64,000 bases of DNA from Sulfurimonas sp. SAG-AH-194-L11 (GCA_029215995.1 JAEMVB010000005.1:31393-95392), one strand, 5' to 3'; positions 1 through 10,041 are shown, counted from the first letter of the stretch. The notes: generated from the sequence alone by a model not told the origin. Numbers and translations: made by a program.

Positions 1-1281
1 TCTAGCACTCATATATGCAGGAATAGAACACCCAAAACCAGTTACAAGTGGTATAAAGCTCTGTCCATGCAGACCAAACTTATGAAAAAATCCATCAAGT
101 AAAAAAGCAACTCGGCTCATATAACCTGTACTCTCTAAAAGTGCTATACCGATAAAGAGAATAATAATATTTGGTACAAACAACACAACAGCACCCACAC
201 CTCCAATAATACCGTCTACTATTAGTGAACGTATATCATCATTACCTATAGTTGCACCTAAAGTATCTCCAAACCAGATAAAAAAGGCATCAATATACTC
301 CATAGGAATAGCACCTACTTCAAAGGTAAGTTGAAATAGCGACCACATAAAAAAGAGAAATATAGGAATACCAAAGATAGGATGAATTAAAATAGAGTCT
401 ATTTTTTCAGTAAGAGTTCGTTCATTTTTTCTCACTTCTTGTTGAACAACCTCAGCAACTACACCACGATTAAATGCAGCATACTCTTCAGCAAATGCCT
501 CTTTAATATCATCACTGTCATGATGCAATTCTATATGTTTACTTGCCTCAATTAAAATCGGTTGGAGTTCTGTCCATATCGGTTCATCATGTAAAGTAGC
601 ATACGTCTTTTTATTATTTTTCAGTAAATTAATTGCGATATTTCTATATGTATTTACACTCTCAAACTTATGCTTATCAAGGTACCAAACTATCTGTGCT
701 ATCTCTTCTTCAACTGGCTCGCTAAAAACAAGCTTTGGCTTATTTCTTGGGTTTTCATATTTTTGTATTACAGCATCTATAAGAGTATCTATTCCCTCTT
801 TTGTGACAGCAGACACACGAACACATGGTACACCCATAAGTTCAGACATATACTCTGCATTTATCACTATATTTTCTTTATCTGCTTCATCACTCATATT
901 TAAAGCGATAACAACTTTTTTACTCATTGTTAAGAGTTCAGATGTAAGTTGTAAGTTTTTTTCTAAGTTTGTAGAGTCTACAACATTTATGATAATGTCA
1001 TAATCTTCCGCACAAAGATAATCATGAGTAACTCTCTCTTCTATAGTATAATCAGTAAAAGAATAAGTTCCAGGCAGGTCTACAACGGTAAAGTTATAAT
1101 CACCATAATCAAAAAGAACCTCCGTTTTATCTACTGTAACTCCTGAAAAATTTCCTACATGAAGGTGTGCATTTGATACAGAATTTATAAGCATACTCTT
1201 GCCAACATTTGGCTGTCCTACAAGTGCTACCTTTATATGGTTTGCTGTTATTGGACAGGCTTTAGGATCTACTTCATTCAT
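1..1281 (-). CDS. feoB: Ferrous iron transporter FeoB (3' end runs off the window; absent from ORF track)
   Basis: Manual translation MNEVDPKACPITANHIKVALVGQPNVGKS... with G1 GQPNVGKS, GNFSGVTVD and DLPG motifs; ATG overlaps feoA stop (ATGA). Confidence 0.95.
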   Translation of the reverse strand, partial: MNEVDPKACPITANHIKVALVGQPNVGKSMLINSVSNAHLHVGNFSGVTVDKTEVLFDYGDYNFTVVDLPGTYSFTDYTIEERVTHDYLCAEDYDIIINVVDSTNLEKNLQLTSELLTMSKKVVIALNMSDEADKENIVINAEYMSELMGVPCVRVSAVTKEGIDTLIDAVIQKYENPRNKPKLVFSEPVEEEIAQIVWYLDKHKFESVNTYRNIAINLLKNNKKTYATLHDEPIWTELQPILIEASKHIELHHDSDDIKEAFAEEYAAFNRGVVAEVVQQEVRKNERTLTEKIDSILIHPIFGIPIFLFFMWSLFQLTFEVGAIPMEYIDAFFIWFGDTLGATIGNDDIRSLIVDGIIGGVGAVVLFVPNIIILFIGIALLESTGYMSRVAFLLDGFFHKFGLHGQSFIPLVTGFGCSIPAYMSAR

Positions 1282-1505
1282 ATTTTTTCTACCTCTATCA
1301 TTTGAGCTTCTTTTGCTCGTAATGCTATATTCATTTTACCAACTTTTACCTCTATGGTACTTTTACCAGGCGAATGTTCTAAAACTTCTAAAAGTGCCTC
1401 TTTCATAATACCAAAAGAGATAAGTCTCTGTTTTAGGTCACCCTTTGTATTTAACTTTATAACCTTAACTATACATGCTTTATGACAATCAAATAATGTT
1501 TTCAT
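1278..1505 (-). CDS. feoA: FeoA ferrous iron transport protein
   Basis: 75 aa SH3-like FeoA pattern (RLISFG...IALR..EA..IEV) directly upstream of feoB. Confidence 0.9.
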   Translation of the reverse strand: MKTLFDCHKACIVKVIKLNTKGDLKQRLISFGIMKEALLEVLEHSPGKSTIEVKVGKMNIALRAKEAQMIEVEKI

Positions 1506-1533
1506 TAGTATTCTTTACTATAATTTTTAGCAA

Positions 1534-1548
1534 TTATAATCATTATCA
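1534..1548. promoter_or_regulatory. Fur box upstream of feoAB
   Basis: TTATAATCATTATCA matches the 7-1-7 Fur consensus TGATAATnATTATCA with one mismatch, about 30 bp upstream of feoA. Confidence 0.75.
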
Positions 1549-1618
1549 ATTAAATAATAGCTTTAATTGCAATATTTATTTTGATATAATACCAAATATT
1601 AAACATCCAAGGCGATAT

Positions 1619-2176
1619 ATGAATTTTTTATGGACACCTTCTTCACATTTTAATCTAGCAAATCTTTTTACTTTTGTTAACATTACAGCTGGTCTTATGG
1701 CAACATACTTCATCACTCAAAACAACTTCACTTTAGCTATAGTACTCGCATGGATTGGTGGTGCTTTTGATATTTTTGATGGTAAAATTGCTAGAAAGTA
1801 TAATCTTAGTAATGAGTTTGGAGTACAACTTGATAGTTTTGCAGACTTTTTAAGCTTTGTTCTTGTCCCTGTCTTTTTGATATTTCAAGCAGTATACGCA
1901 TCTCAGCTTGAGAGTACACTTTTAATAGCAGCTTCAGTTATTAGTATCTACTATGTTATCTCAGGGCTTCGTCGTCTTATCCACTTTAATCTAAACGCCG
2001 ATGCTGGAGAAATAGAGAAGTACTTTACGGGTGTACCTACTCCCCTTGGTGCAATTTTACTATGGTTAGTCTATCTCAGTAATGCTTACGAGCTTCTACC
2101 CGCTAGTATAGTCATGACTCTTATGCTCATTATAGGCTGGAGTTTAAACTCAAAACTAAAAGTTAAACACCCTTAA
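1619..2176 (+). CDS. CDP-alcohol phosphatidyltransferase (PssA-like)
   Basis: DxxDGxxAR...GxxLDxxxD motif and FTGVPTP; start moved to ATG 1619, which follows AAGG and TGATATAAT (1582-1590). Confidence 0.85.
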   Translation: MNFLWTPSSHFNLANLFTFVNITAGLMATYFITQNNFTLAIVLAWIGGAFDIFDGKIARKYNLSNEFGVQLDSFADFLSFVLVPVFLIFQAVYASQLESTLLIAASVISIYYVISGLRRLIHFNLNADAGEIEKYFTGVPTPLGAILLWLVYLSNAYELLPASIVMTLMLIIGWSLNSKLKVKHP

Positions 2177-5100
2177 AGAAGGTATTTTTTTAGTACCTCT
2201 TCTAACCTATCAGGCTCGATGGGTTTACTTATGTAGTCATCCATTCCACTTGCAAAACACTTCTCTTTATCACCCTCCATAGCATTTGCTGTCATAGCGA
2301 TAATAGGTATCTTTTTTACATCCTCCCCATATTCACCACTTTTTAATATTCGTGATGCATCATATCCATCCATATTTGGCATTTGGCAATCCATAAAAAT
2401 TATTTCATATTGATTTTCTCCTGCCTCTTCTATAGCCTTAAGTGCTTCAAGCCCATCATTTGCAATATCTGCATCTAAACCAAACTCTTCTAAAAGACCC
2501 AAGCCAACTAGCTGGTTTACTCTGTTATCATCTACTAAAAGAATTTTTGTATCTGGATTAAAAGTAATAGCATTTTCTTCATCTTCAGACTCACCAATAG
2601 CATTTAATTCATATCTATTCATCATTGTATTGAGTGCTTTAAATATATCTTTTGTAGTAGCTGGTTGAGGGAAATATGTATCATAAACACTCTCAATATA
2701 GTGACTAACACTTGATGTATCTGCAAGAGATGTCATAAGAATTAACCTTGCATTTGTATACTCTTTTTTTAGAGACTCACCAAGAGCAAGTGCATTTTCA
2801 TCATTCTTAATAAAAATAATATCATAGTCATTTTTACTACTTTTCTCTAAATCTACATGCATTCCCCAATGTTTTAACTGTCTTGCTAATACTTCTGCAC
2901 TTATTTGAGTTTTATCTAAAATAAGAACATTTTTACCATTGACCTCTATCTCTGGTCTTACAATAGGACTCTCTTTATCTAGTCTAACAGCTATTTCTAC
3001 ACTAAACTTACTCCCCTCACCCTCTACAGACGAGACATCTACCTTCCCATCCATAATCTCAACTAGCTTCTGTACGATGGCAAGTCCTAAGCCTGTCCCT
3101 CCATACTTTCTTGTAGTAGAGCTATCAACCTGAGAGAAAGAGTCAAATAGTGACCTTATCTTCTCTTGTGGAATCCCTATTCCAGTATCTTCGACAAATA
3201 TATAAAGCCTTGCTTCTTCTTCACTCAGTTCTAGTAGAGATACAGTTATAAGAACATAGCCATTATCTGTGAATTTAATAGCATTACTCACAAGGTTATT
3301 TAAAATCTGTCTTATTCTATACTCATCTGCTACAATTGTTTGGACTCCAACATCTTTGACATCTAAGATGACATCTATACCTTTTTCTTGTGCTTTAAAT
3401 GCAATGGCTTCTGCAAAGTCGCCAAACTCATCACGTATATTAAACGATTTATACTCTAGCTCTAGTTTATTTGCTTCAAATTTTGAAAAATCTAAAATGT
3501 CGTTGATAAGATTAAGAAGAGCTTTTGCACTTGTTTGTGCTAAGTATGCTTGATGATGCTGAGTCTCCTCTAGCTCCGAGTTAAGTAATAGACCCAACAT
3601 CCCAATAATACCATTCATAGGAGTACGAATCTCATGTGACATACTTGCAAAGAACTCTGATTTCACCTTCACACTCTCATCCGCAACTATTTTAGCCTCA
3701 ATCAGTGCTAACTCATCATTCTTCTTCTGTGTTATATCTGTTCGTATTGCGATATAACTTGTTATCTTTGCATTATCATCAACAAATGGAACAATGGTTG
3801 TATCTACCCAGTATTCATTTCCAGACTTATCTATATTTTTTATCTCATCATGCCATACTATACCATTTGATATATCAGCATACATACTTTTCCAGTACTC
3901 TTTAGTTTTATTTTGAGAGTTTAAAATTCTATGATTTTTCCCTATAAGTTCAGCTCGTGTATAACCACTAATCTCTTCAAACTTACTATTTACATATGTA
4001 ATACTCCCTGAAACATCTGTAATAGCAACAATAGCATGTGCATTAAGTGCAAATTTCTGTTCATCAAGTTCATTCTCACTCTTTTTTATACTCTTCACCA
4101 TCTTATTAAATGCTTTGGAAAGTATTCCAATTTCATGATGAGTATGTATTTTCATTTGTATATCTCTATCTCCATCTTCAAATCTCTTTACCAATTCAAT
4201 AAGCTCTAATATTGGCTTCACAAAATATTTGAAAAATAGTAAGGATATAATTATAATAATAAGTAGTAAAATAAAGGTAATTAAATATGTTTTATGGATT
4301 ATCTCATTTTGAAGATTTTCAATTATAGATACATCTGCTTCTGAAATAAGTGCCCAATGAATACCTAAAATATAAATATCATAATGAATACCAAAAACAT
4401 TTTTTCCAAATGGACTTTGATAAACAAATATCTTCTCCTTTTTATCAACTTCAATATCATTCTCTTTATCATGATAATCGGAATGTTCACTAGCCCATAA
4501 CTTAAACTGTTGTGTTTCTACCTTCATTTTTAGTATCTGAGAGTAGTCTTCTAAGAGGGGACTTCTTAACATTGCATCCCCTCCAACTAGGTAAGTATGC
4601 ATATTTCCTTCTTTTTTAAATGCATTCTCTTTAAAGAGTTTATAAACCCTATTCATTTTTATCTGAATTGCAAAAACACCAATAAAAATTCCATTATCAT
4701 CTATTATAGGTGCTGTGAAAAAACCAGTAACAGTATTATTTGAAGGAGCATATAATTCTAAGTCTGAGAAGTGTATTTTCTTATCTTTAAGTGTACCTTT
4801 AAAAGCATTGGCAAATTTTGTATTACGATAAGGACCTGTAATTAATGATGTACCTAAGTCTGATTCATAATCATTTGTATAGAGTATATTTCCCTTTAAG
4901 TCAATCATAAATATATCATAAACATAATCATAATCTTTTTGAAATCGTATCAATTCATTTTCAATATCTATACTGTTTGCAAACTGTTTATCACTTCTTA
5001 CAAAGTCTGATAGGGACATTTTACTCTCATTAAAACTATCTAAAAGATTTTCCATCAATACTATTATATTACTATTTTGGGATAAGTTTTTTATATCGAC

Positions 5101-5322
5101 TTTACGGTAGTCAAACCAGTTAAGTAAAAATTTTTTTTGTAAGTCTGTACTCTGTACTATCTCTTTATATATTCTTTGCTTAATAATATTTGTACTATCA
5201 CTATATTGCACATATGTCACAATAAACAGAGGTAACATAACCAAAGGAATAATTACTGATATCAACTTAAAGACTAAAGACTGATACCATTTAACATGTG
5301 TTTGCTTGATTACTCTGTTCAT
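2173..5322 (-). CDS. Hybrid sensor histidine kinase (periplasmic Cache-like, HAMP, PAS, HisKA, HATPase, REC)
   Basis: Two TM segments, HAMP, PAS (YVNSKFEEISGY), H-box SHEIRTPMNG, G-boxes DTGIG/GTGLGL, C-terminal REC (MDCQMPNMDG, KP). Confidence 0.92.
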   Translation of the reverse strand: MNRVIKQTHVKWYQSLVFKLISVIIPLVMLPLFIVTYVQYSDSTNIIKQRIYKEIVQSTDLQKKFLLNWFDYRKVDIKNLSQNSNIIVLMENLLDSFNESKMSLSDFVRSDKQFANSIDIENELIRFQKDYDYVYDIFMIDLKGNILYTNDYESDLGTSLITGPYRNTKFANAFKGTLKDKKIHFSDLELYAPSNNTVTGFFTAPIIDDNGIFIGVFAIQIKMNRVYKLFKENAFKKEGNMHTYLVGGDAMLRSPLLEDYSQILKMKVETQQFKLWASEHSDYHDKENDIEVDKKEKIFVYQSPFGKNVFGIHYDIYILGIHWALISEADVSIIENLQNEIIHKTYLITFILLLIIIIISLLFFKYFVKPILELIELVKRFEDGDRDIQMKIHTHHEIGILSKAFNKMVKSIKKSENELDEQKFALNAHAIVAITDVSGSITYVNSKFEEISGYTRAELIGKNHRILNSQNKTKEYWKSMYADISNGIVWHDEIKNIDKSGNEYWVDTTIVPFVDDNAKITSYIAIRTDITQKKNDELALIEAKIVADESVKVKSEFFASMSHEIRTPMNGIIGMLGLLLNSELEETQHHQAYLAQTSAKALLNLINDILDFSKFEANKLELEYKSFNIRDEFGDFAEAIAFKAQEKGIDVILDVKDVGVQTIVADEYRIRQILNNLVSNAIKFTDNGYVLITVSLLELSEEEARLYIFVEDTGIGIPQEKIRSLFDSFSQVDSSTTRKYGGTGLGLAIVQKLVEIMDGKVDVSSVEGEGSKFSVEIAVRLDKESPIVRPEIEVNGKNVLILDKTQISAEVLARQLKHWGMHVDLEKSSKNDYDIIFIKNDENALALGESLKKEYTNARLILMTSLADTSSVSHYIESVYDTYFPQPATTKDIFKALNTMMNRYELNAIGESEDEENAITFNPDTKILLVDDNRVNQLVGLGLLEEFGLDADIANDGLEALKAIEEAGENQYEIIFMDCQMPNMDGYDASRILKSGEYGEDVKKIPIIAMTANAMEGDKEKCFASGMDDYISKPIEPDRLEEVLKKYLL

Positions 5323-5334
5323 AAAGTCCTCACT

Positions 5335-5721
5335 TTATTTATTGTTTACACTATATTTTCCACTACCTAAAAGAACTATTAGTATAGACATTATTAAAAA
5401 CAGAAGTGGAGATTCTATAGCTAAACCACCATACTTTGCAAGTGAAAAAGAGAAACCATATGCTAAAAAGATTGCCATAATCATGTTGATTCCAAGAACC
5501 ATAGAGGCTACTCGAGCATATAGTCCTAAAATAATAAAAATAGGAGCAACTAACTCTCCTAAATAAACACCATAAGCAAGAGCTTCAGGGAGACCCGCGC
5601 TACTTAGCATTGCTTTAACACCATCTGTTCCATGTATAACCTTATGAATCCCGTGAAAAAGTATAAGTACTCCGACACTGAGTCGCAGTATTAGTTTGGC
5701 TATATCTGTGTTAGTTGGCAT
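5335..5721 (-). CDS. DoxX family membrane protein
   Basis: LRL..G..ILFHG..K and ELV...I.LG..R motifs, 4 TM segments. Confidence 0.85.
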   Translation of the reverse strand: MPTNTDIAKLILRLSVGVLILFHGIHKVIHGTDGVKAMLSSAGLPEALAYGVYLGELVAPIFIILGLYARVASMVLGINMIMAIFLAYGFSFSLAKYGGLAIESPLLFLIMSILIVLLGSGKYSVNNK

Positions 5722-5956
5722 TTCTCTCTCCTAAAATTTTAACTTCTTGTTGAGGAACCTGAAGTGCTAAACCAGCAGTTAAAGACAGAGCACCCACTGC
5801 TGCGATAAAAGGAGCTATGCTAATACCAAGTTTATCAAGGGCGATAATACCGATAATGACAATAAGGAGTGCACCTATAAGTTGAAACGAATAGTTGGTT
5901 ATAAAATCAATAATAGTATTATAAACTTGGTTGACCTGTTCTAGTTCTTCATGCAT
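5711..5956 (-). pseudogene. Internally deleted MscS-family mechanosensitive channel remnant (open 81-aa frame)
   Basis: Has MscS TM1 start, TM2/3 segment LDKLGISIAPFIAAVGALSLTAGLALQ and C-terminal PQQEV tail, but lacks most of the protein. Confidence 0.65.
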
Positions 5957-5961
5957 CTACT

Positions 5962-6153
5962 CTAGCCCCTTTTCTCTCGAAACTTCACTGAACCAACACT
6001 AATAACTTTTGTATTTTTAACAGCTTCTTTGACATAACGAAGAGTTCCTGCGGGGTCAACATCGCCTATCTCTTCTTCTATCATACGAAGGAGATCTTTT
6101 TCTGTAGTATCTATCCATATTTTTTCATAAGAGTATTGTGTTTGAATCTTCAT
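5962..6153 (-). CDS. Small hypothetical protein
   Basis: 63-aa ORF co-oriented with neighbours; ATG 6153 preceded by TGCTATTAT. Confidence 0.6.
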   Translation of the reverse strand: MKIQTQYSYEKIWIDTTEKDLLRMIEEEIGDVDPAGTLRYVKEAVKNTKVISVGSVKFREKRG

Positions 6154-6189
6154 AACTAGCATAATAGCAAAAAAGTATATATCGTGGCT

Positions 6190-7431
6190 TTAAAGCTCTT
6201 CTTCCTCACTTATGATAGAAAGAGATTTTTTTGGTTTGAGCCCAAGTTTTACTATATTTTCAGCCCGCTTTATAACATTACCACGACCAGTTTTGAGTCT
6301 GTTCATTGAGATATCATACGAACTCTGTGCCTTCTCTAAATGCAAACCAACCTTTTTCATCTCATCCACAAAACCTACAAGTTTATCGTACATAGCTTCA
6401 GCTTCAGCGGCTATTCTTTTTGCATGTTCTTCTTGGTGTTGTGTACGCCAAATGTGCTCTATTGTTCTTAGAGTAACTAGCAAAGTTGATGGAGAAACAA
6501 CTAAGATATTTTGATTATAAGCATTTTTAAAGAACTCACCATCTTCTTGGAGTGCTAGTAAAAAAGCACCCTCTATTGGCATAAAAAGAAGAACAAAGTC
6601 TAAACTATTTACACCCTCTAGTTTCTCATACTTTTTATCACTTAGTCCTTTTATATGAGCCTTAATACTAAGGATATGCTCTTTAAGTGCTTGAATTTTT
6701 TCACTCTCTATATCAGAGCTCATAAATCGTTCATAAGCTACAAGTGAAACTTTCGAGTCAATGATAATATCGCGTTTTTCAGGCATATGAATGATAACAT
6801 CTGGTCGATAACTCTTACCCTCTTGGGATTTGAGTGTAGCTTGGAGTTCATACTCTACTCCTAATCGTAAGCCTGATTGTTCTAAAATATTTTCCAGTAC
6901 AATCTCACCCCAATTACCCTGTGTTTTATTTTCACCCTTGAGTGCTTTAGTAAGATTTATAGCATCTTGTGAGAGTTGATCATTCATCTGTTTTAAACGC
7001 AAAAGCTCATCTTTAAGAAGGTAAGTCTCTTTTGAGTGGCTTAAGAACTGCTCTTTTGTTTGAGCAGAAAAATTTGTTATCTGCTCACGAAAAGGTTTTA
7101 ACATCAACTCTAATTGCTCTTTAGAACTTCTGCTAAACTGTTTAGACTTATCATCAAAAATTTTACTTGCTAAAGTTTTAAACTCATTTGAGAGTTCATC
7201 TTTTGCACCTTGAAGAAGCTTTAGTTTTTGAGAAGAGGCTTTTATCTCCTCTTCGTATCGTGTTTGTAAAACTGCATACTGCAGTTCAAGATTATTTATC
7301 CGCTCATATGCTTCTTGGGTTTCATATTCTACAAGTTCAAGTTTACTTTTTTGTTTGAGGTATATAAAAACCATACTTATAAAGAAAATAAAAACGATAA
7401 TAAACAAACCCATTAATATATCAAATGTCAT
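6190..7431 (-). CDS. rmuC: DNA recombination protein RmuC
   Basis: GNWGE..LE, RPDV..P...IDSK, DFV.LF.P.E motifs, N-terminal TM; start set to ATG 7431. Confidence 0.92.
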   Translation of the reverse strand: MTFDILMGLFIIVFIFFISMVFIYLKQKSKLELVEYETQEAYERINNLELQYAVLQTRYEEEIKASSQKLKLLQGAKDELSNEFKTLASKIFDDKSKQFSRSSKEQLELMLKPFREQITNFSAQTKEQFLSHSKETYLLKDELLRLKQMNDQLSQDAINLTKALKGENKTQGNWGEIVLENILEQSGLRLGVEYELQATLKSQEGKSYRPDVIIHMPEKRDIIIDSKVSLVAYERFMSSDIESEKIQALKEHILSIKAHIKGLSDKKYEKLEGVNSLDFVLLFMPIEGAFLLALQEDGEFFKNAYNQNILVVSPSTLLVTLRTIEHIWRTQHQEEHAKRIAAEAEAMYDKLVGFVDEMKKVGLHLEKAQSSYDISMNRLKTGRGNVIKRAENIVKLGLKPKKSLSIISEEEEL

Positions 7432-7607
7432 AAAAATATTATACACATTTTTGTAGCACTTTAAACTTAACTCACAACAAATAGAGATTGTTTTAACTTT
7501 ATCATAGTTTAACTTGGGTATAATTCGCGAAATACTTAAGGGGAAGATGCCCTGCATAACAGCACAGCTAAAATGCAACTTGTATCATCTCCTTATATTA
7601 AAGGATA

Positions 7608-9236
7608 ATGATGCAAGAAAATGCACAAAACGAAGAAAAAAAAGAAGAAGAAATACAAGTAGAAGAGAAGTTACTCACATTTGCTGAGTTAGGTTTAAAA
7701 GAAGAAATTTTAAAAAGCGTTAGATATGCAGGTTTTACAACACCTTCACCTATCCAAGCACAAGCGATTCCTATCGTAATTGCTGGTAAAGATATGGTTG
7801 GTCAAGCACATACTGGTACTGGTAAGACAGCAGCATTTAGCCTACCAGCACTTCACAACATGAAAATGGATGGCTCAGTAGAGATGCTAGTTATCACTCC
7901 AACTCGTGAACTTGCTACTCAAGTAAGTGATGAGATTTTCAAATATGGTCGTAACTTAGGTGCTAAAACTGTAACTGTTTATGGTGGTAGCTCTTACAAA
8001 CGTCAACTTGACCTTATTGCTCGTGGTGCTTCAGTTGTTGTTGCAACACCTGGACGAATGTTAGACATCCTTAAACGCGGTATGATTCCTGATTTCGCAC
8101 CACAAATGGTAGTTCTTGATGAAGCTGATGAGATGCTTGACATGGGTTTTCTTGATGATATCAATGAAATCTTTTCATTTTTACCAGCAAAAAGACAAAC
8201 ATTACTTTTCTCAGCAACTATGCCTGCACCGATTAAGACTCTTGCAAGCAGAATTCTAAGAGACCCTGAATTTGTATCAATCACTAAAGGTGAGACTACA
8301 AACGCAGACATCGAGCAACTTTACTATGTTATTGATGAGCATGAGCGTGATGATGCTATTATCCGTCTTATGGATTCTGATGGAGTAAAAAAATCAGTAG
8401 TATTTTGTCGTACAAAATCAGAAGTTGATAGACTAAGTAATGTTTTATCAAACGCAGGTTACCTTGCGAATGGTCTTCATGGAGATATGGAGCAAAGACA
8501 ACGTGAGAATGTTATTAAAGGTTTCAAAAACGATTCTATAATGTTCCTTGTTGCTACTGATGTTGCTGCTCGTGGTATTCACGTAAATAACATTACTCAT
8601 GTTTTCAACTACCATATTCCTTTTGATCCTGAGTCTTATGTTCACCGTATCGGTAGAACAGGTCGTGCTGGAACTAAGGGTAAGGCTATCACTTTACTTA
8701 CTCCAATGGAGTTTAAAGAGCTACAGCGTATTAAACAAAAAGTTGGTACTTCAATGAACCATGCTTTTGTTCCAAGTAAAAATGACCTTAGAACATCAAC
8801 AATTGATGCAATGGTAAAAACTATTGAAGATCATAAAATTTACGATGAAGCACACAAAATTCTTGACCGTCTTAAAGAAGATATAGACGAAGAAAAGATT
8901 ATGTACAAGCTAATCTCTATGATTTTAGATAAACAAGATATCGCAGGACCTAGTAACATTGGTATTCCAGCTGATAAACTTGATGCTATTCTAGCTCGCG
9001 CGGCTCAGCGTGGAGGCGGCGGTGGTCGTGGTGGTCGTGGCGGTGGATACCGTGGAAGAAACCGTTCTGGTGGCGGCGGAGGCGGTGGAAGCCGTAGTCG
9101 TTCTGGTGGAAATGGCGGAGGCGGTGGTTACCGTGGAAACCGTGAAGGTGGAGAACGTTCAGGCGGAGGCGGTGGTGATAGAAACCGTTCTGGCGGTGGA
9201 CGTAGTTCTGGTGGTTACAGAGGTAACAGAGACTAA
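7608..9236 (+). CDS. DEAD-box RNA helicase with Gly/Arg-rich C-terminal tail
   Basis: Q motif, GTGKT, PTRELA, DEAD, SAT, ARGI, HRIGRTGR. Confidence 0.95.
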   Translation: MMQENAQNEEKKEEEIQVEEKLLTFAELGLKEEILKSVRYAGFTTPSPIQAQAIPIVIAGKDMVGQAHTGTGKTAAFSLPALHNMKMDGSVEMLVITPTRELATQVSDEIFKYGRNLGAKTVTVYGGSSYKRQLDLIARGASVVVATPGRMLDILKRGMIPDFAPQMVVLDEADEMLDMGFLDDINEIFSFLPAKRQTLLFSATMPAPIKTLASRILRDPEFVSITKGETTNADIEQLYYVIDEHERDDAIIRLMDSDGVKKSVVFCRTKSEVDRLSNVLSNAGYLANGLHGDMEQRQRENVIKGFKNDSIMFLVATDVAARGIHVNNITHVFNYHIPFDPESYVHRIGRTGRAGTKGKAITLLTPMEFKELQRIKQKVGTSMNHAFVPSKNDLRTSTIDAMVKTIEDHKIYDEAHKILDRLKEDIDEEKIMYKLISMILDKQDIAGPSNIGIPADKLDAILARAAQRGGGGGRGGRGGGYRGRNRSGGGGGGGSRSRSGGNGGGGGYRGNREGGERSGGGGGDRNRSGGGRSSGGYRGNRD

Positions 9237-9266
9237 GTCTCACTCTTTACTTCCTATCTCTTTAAC

Positions 9267-9289
9267 AAGAGTGACTTCCGGTCACTCTT
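9267..9289 (+). terminator. Hairpin terminator after DEAD-box helicase
   Basis: AAGAGTGAC-TTCCG-GTCACTCTT followed by a pyrimidine-rich tract. Confidence 0.7.
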
Positions 9290-9335
9290 ATCTCTCTTAT
9301 AACTCTTTTTCATCATAACAAAAAACTTTGCTATA

Positions 9336-9626
9336 ATATGGGTACCTCTAAAAACCCTAATGTTCTCAGCAACATATAGGATAAGCCAATTCAAGGCAGA
9401 ACTTTGCAGGAGCTACTGGTAGCTTTTGCTATGCCCTTTGGGTACAAGAAGTTCTAACGCAGAAGTGGCTTATCCTATATGTTGCCCATAGGGAGCCAAA
9501 AAGAGAAGCAATCTTGCACATAATTTTTCATCGTCGTAGCTATGGCTATGACTTAAAAAAAGTTATGCACAATCTTACCTCTCTTTTTGGCTCTGAGAAT
9601 ATTAGGGTTTTTAGAAATACCCATAT
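9336..9626. repeat. 291-bp nested inverted-repeat element (ERIC/MITE-like)
   Basis: 34-bp terminal IR (3 mismatches) enclosing a perfect 20-bp IR (9369-9388/9466-9485) and a perfect 14-bp IR (9493-9506/9580-9593). Confidence 0.85.
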
Positions 9627-9657
9627 AACAATACTATTCCATAGAAGGAACTATCAC

Positions 9658-10041
9658 ATGAAAAATCAAATAATTTATGAGGACTTTAGCCTCTATGTAG
9701 AAAAAGAAGAGAGTGAAATACCTTGGTTAAAGATATTTACAAAAGAGCCCTATAAAGAGTTAGGAGATGTACCTGTAGGTTTGCGCCGTAAACTTTGGGA
9801 AACTTATGATCTCATAGAGTATGAGATGCAGCACTACTATCATCCTGACAAAATAAACATGGCATCATTTGCCAATATTTTACCCCGTGTGCATATTCAT
9901 GTAATGGCAAGATTTAAAGAAGATAGTTATTTTCCACAAACTGTGTGGGGAGAAAAACAGAGAGAAGCAGACCTAAATCTACCAAATGAAGATGAGTTTC
10001 ATAAGCGAGTTTTTAATGCATTAACACAGAAGCATAACTAA
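9658..10041 (+). CDS. HIT family protein
   Basis: KINMASFAN..PRVHIHV HIT-like motif; ATG 9658 after AAGGA; the longer track ORF reads through the repeat element. Confidence 0.85.
   Translation: MKNQIIYEDFSLYVEKEESEIPWLKIFTKEPYKELGDVPVGLRRKLWETYDLIEYEMQHYYHPDKINMASFANILPRVHIHVMARFKEDSYFPQTVWGEKQREADLNLPNEDEFHKRVFNALTQKHN

Noticed and set aside
670-1408. Three short plus-strand ORFs
   Set aside because: Antisense to feoB/feoA; feoB was missed by the track because it is truncated
8986-9318. Alternative-frame and antisense ORFs over the helicase tail
   Set aside because: By-products of the GC-rich Gly/Arg repeat
9514-9657. N-terminal extension of the HIT ORF in the track
   Set aside because: It reads through the palindromic element; ATG 9658 has a proper SD
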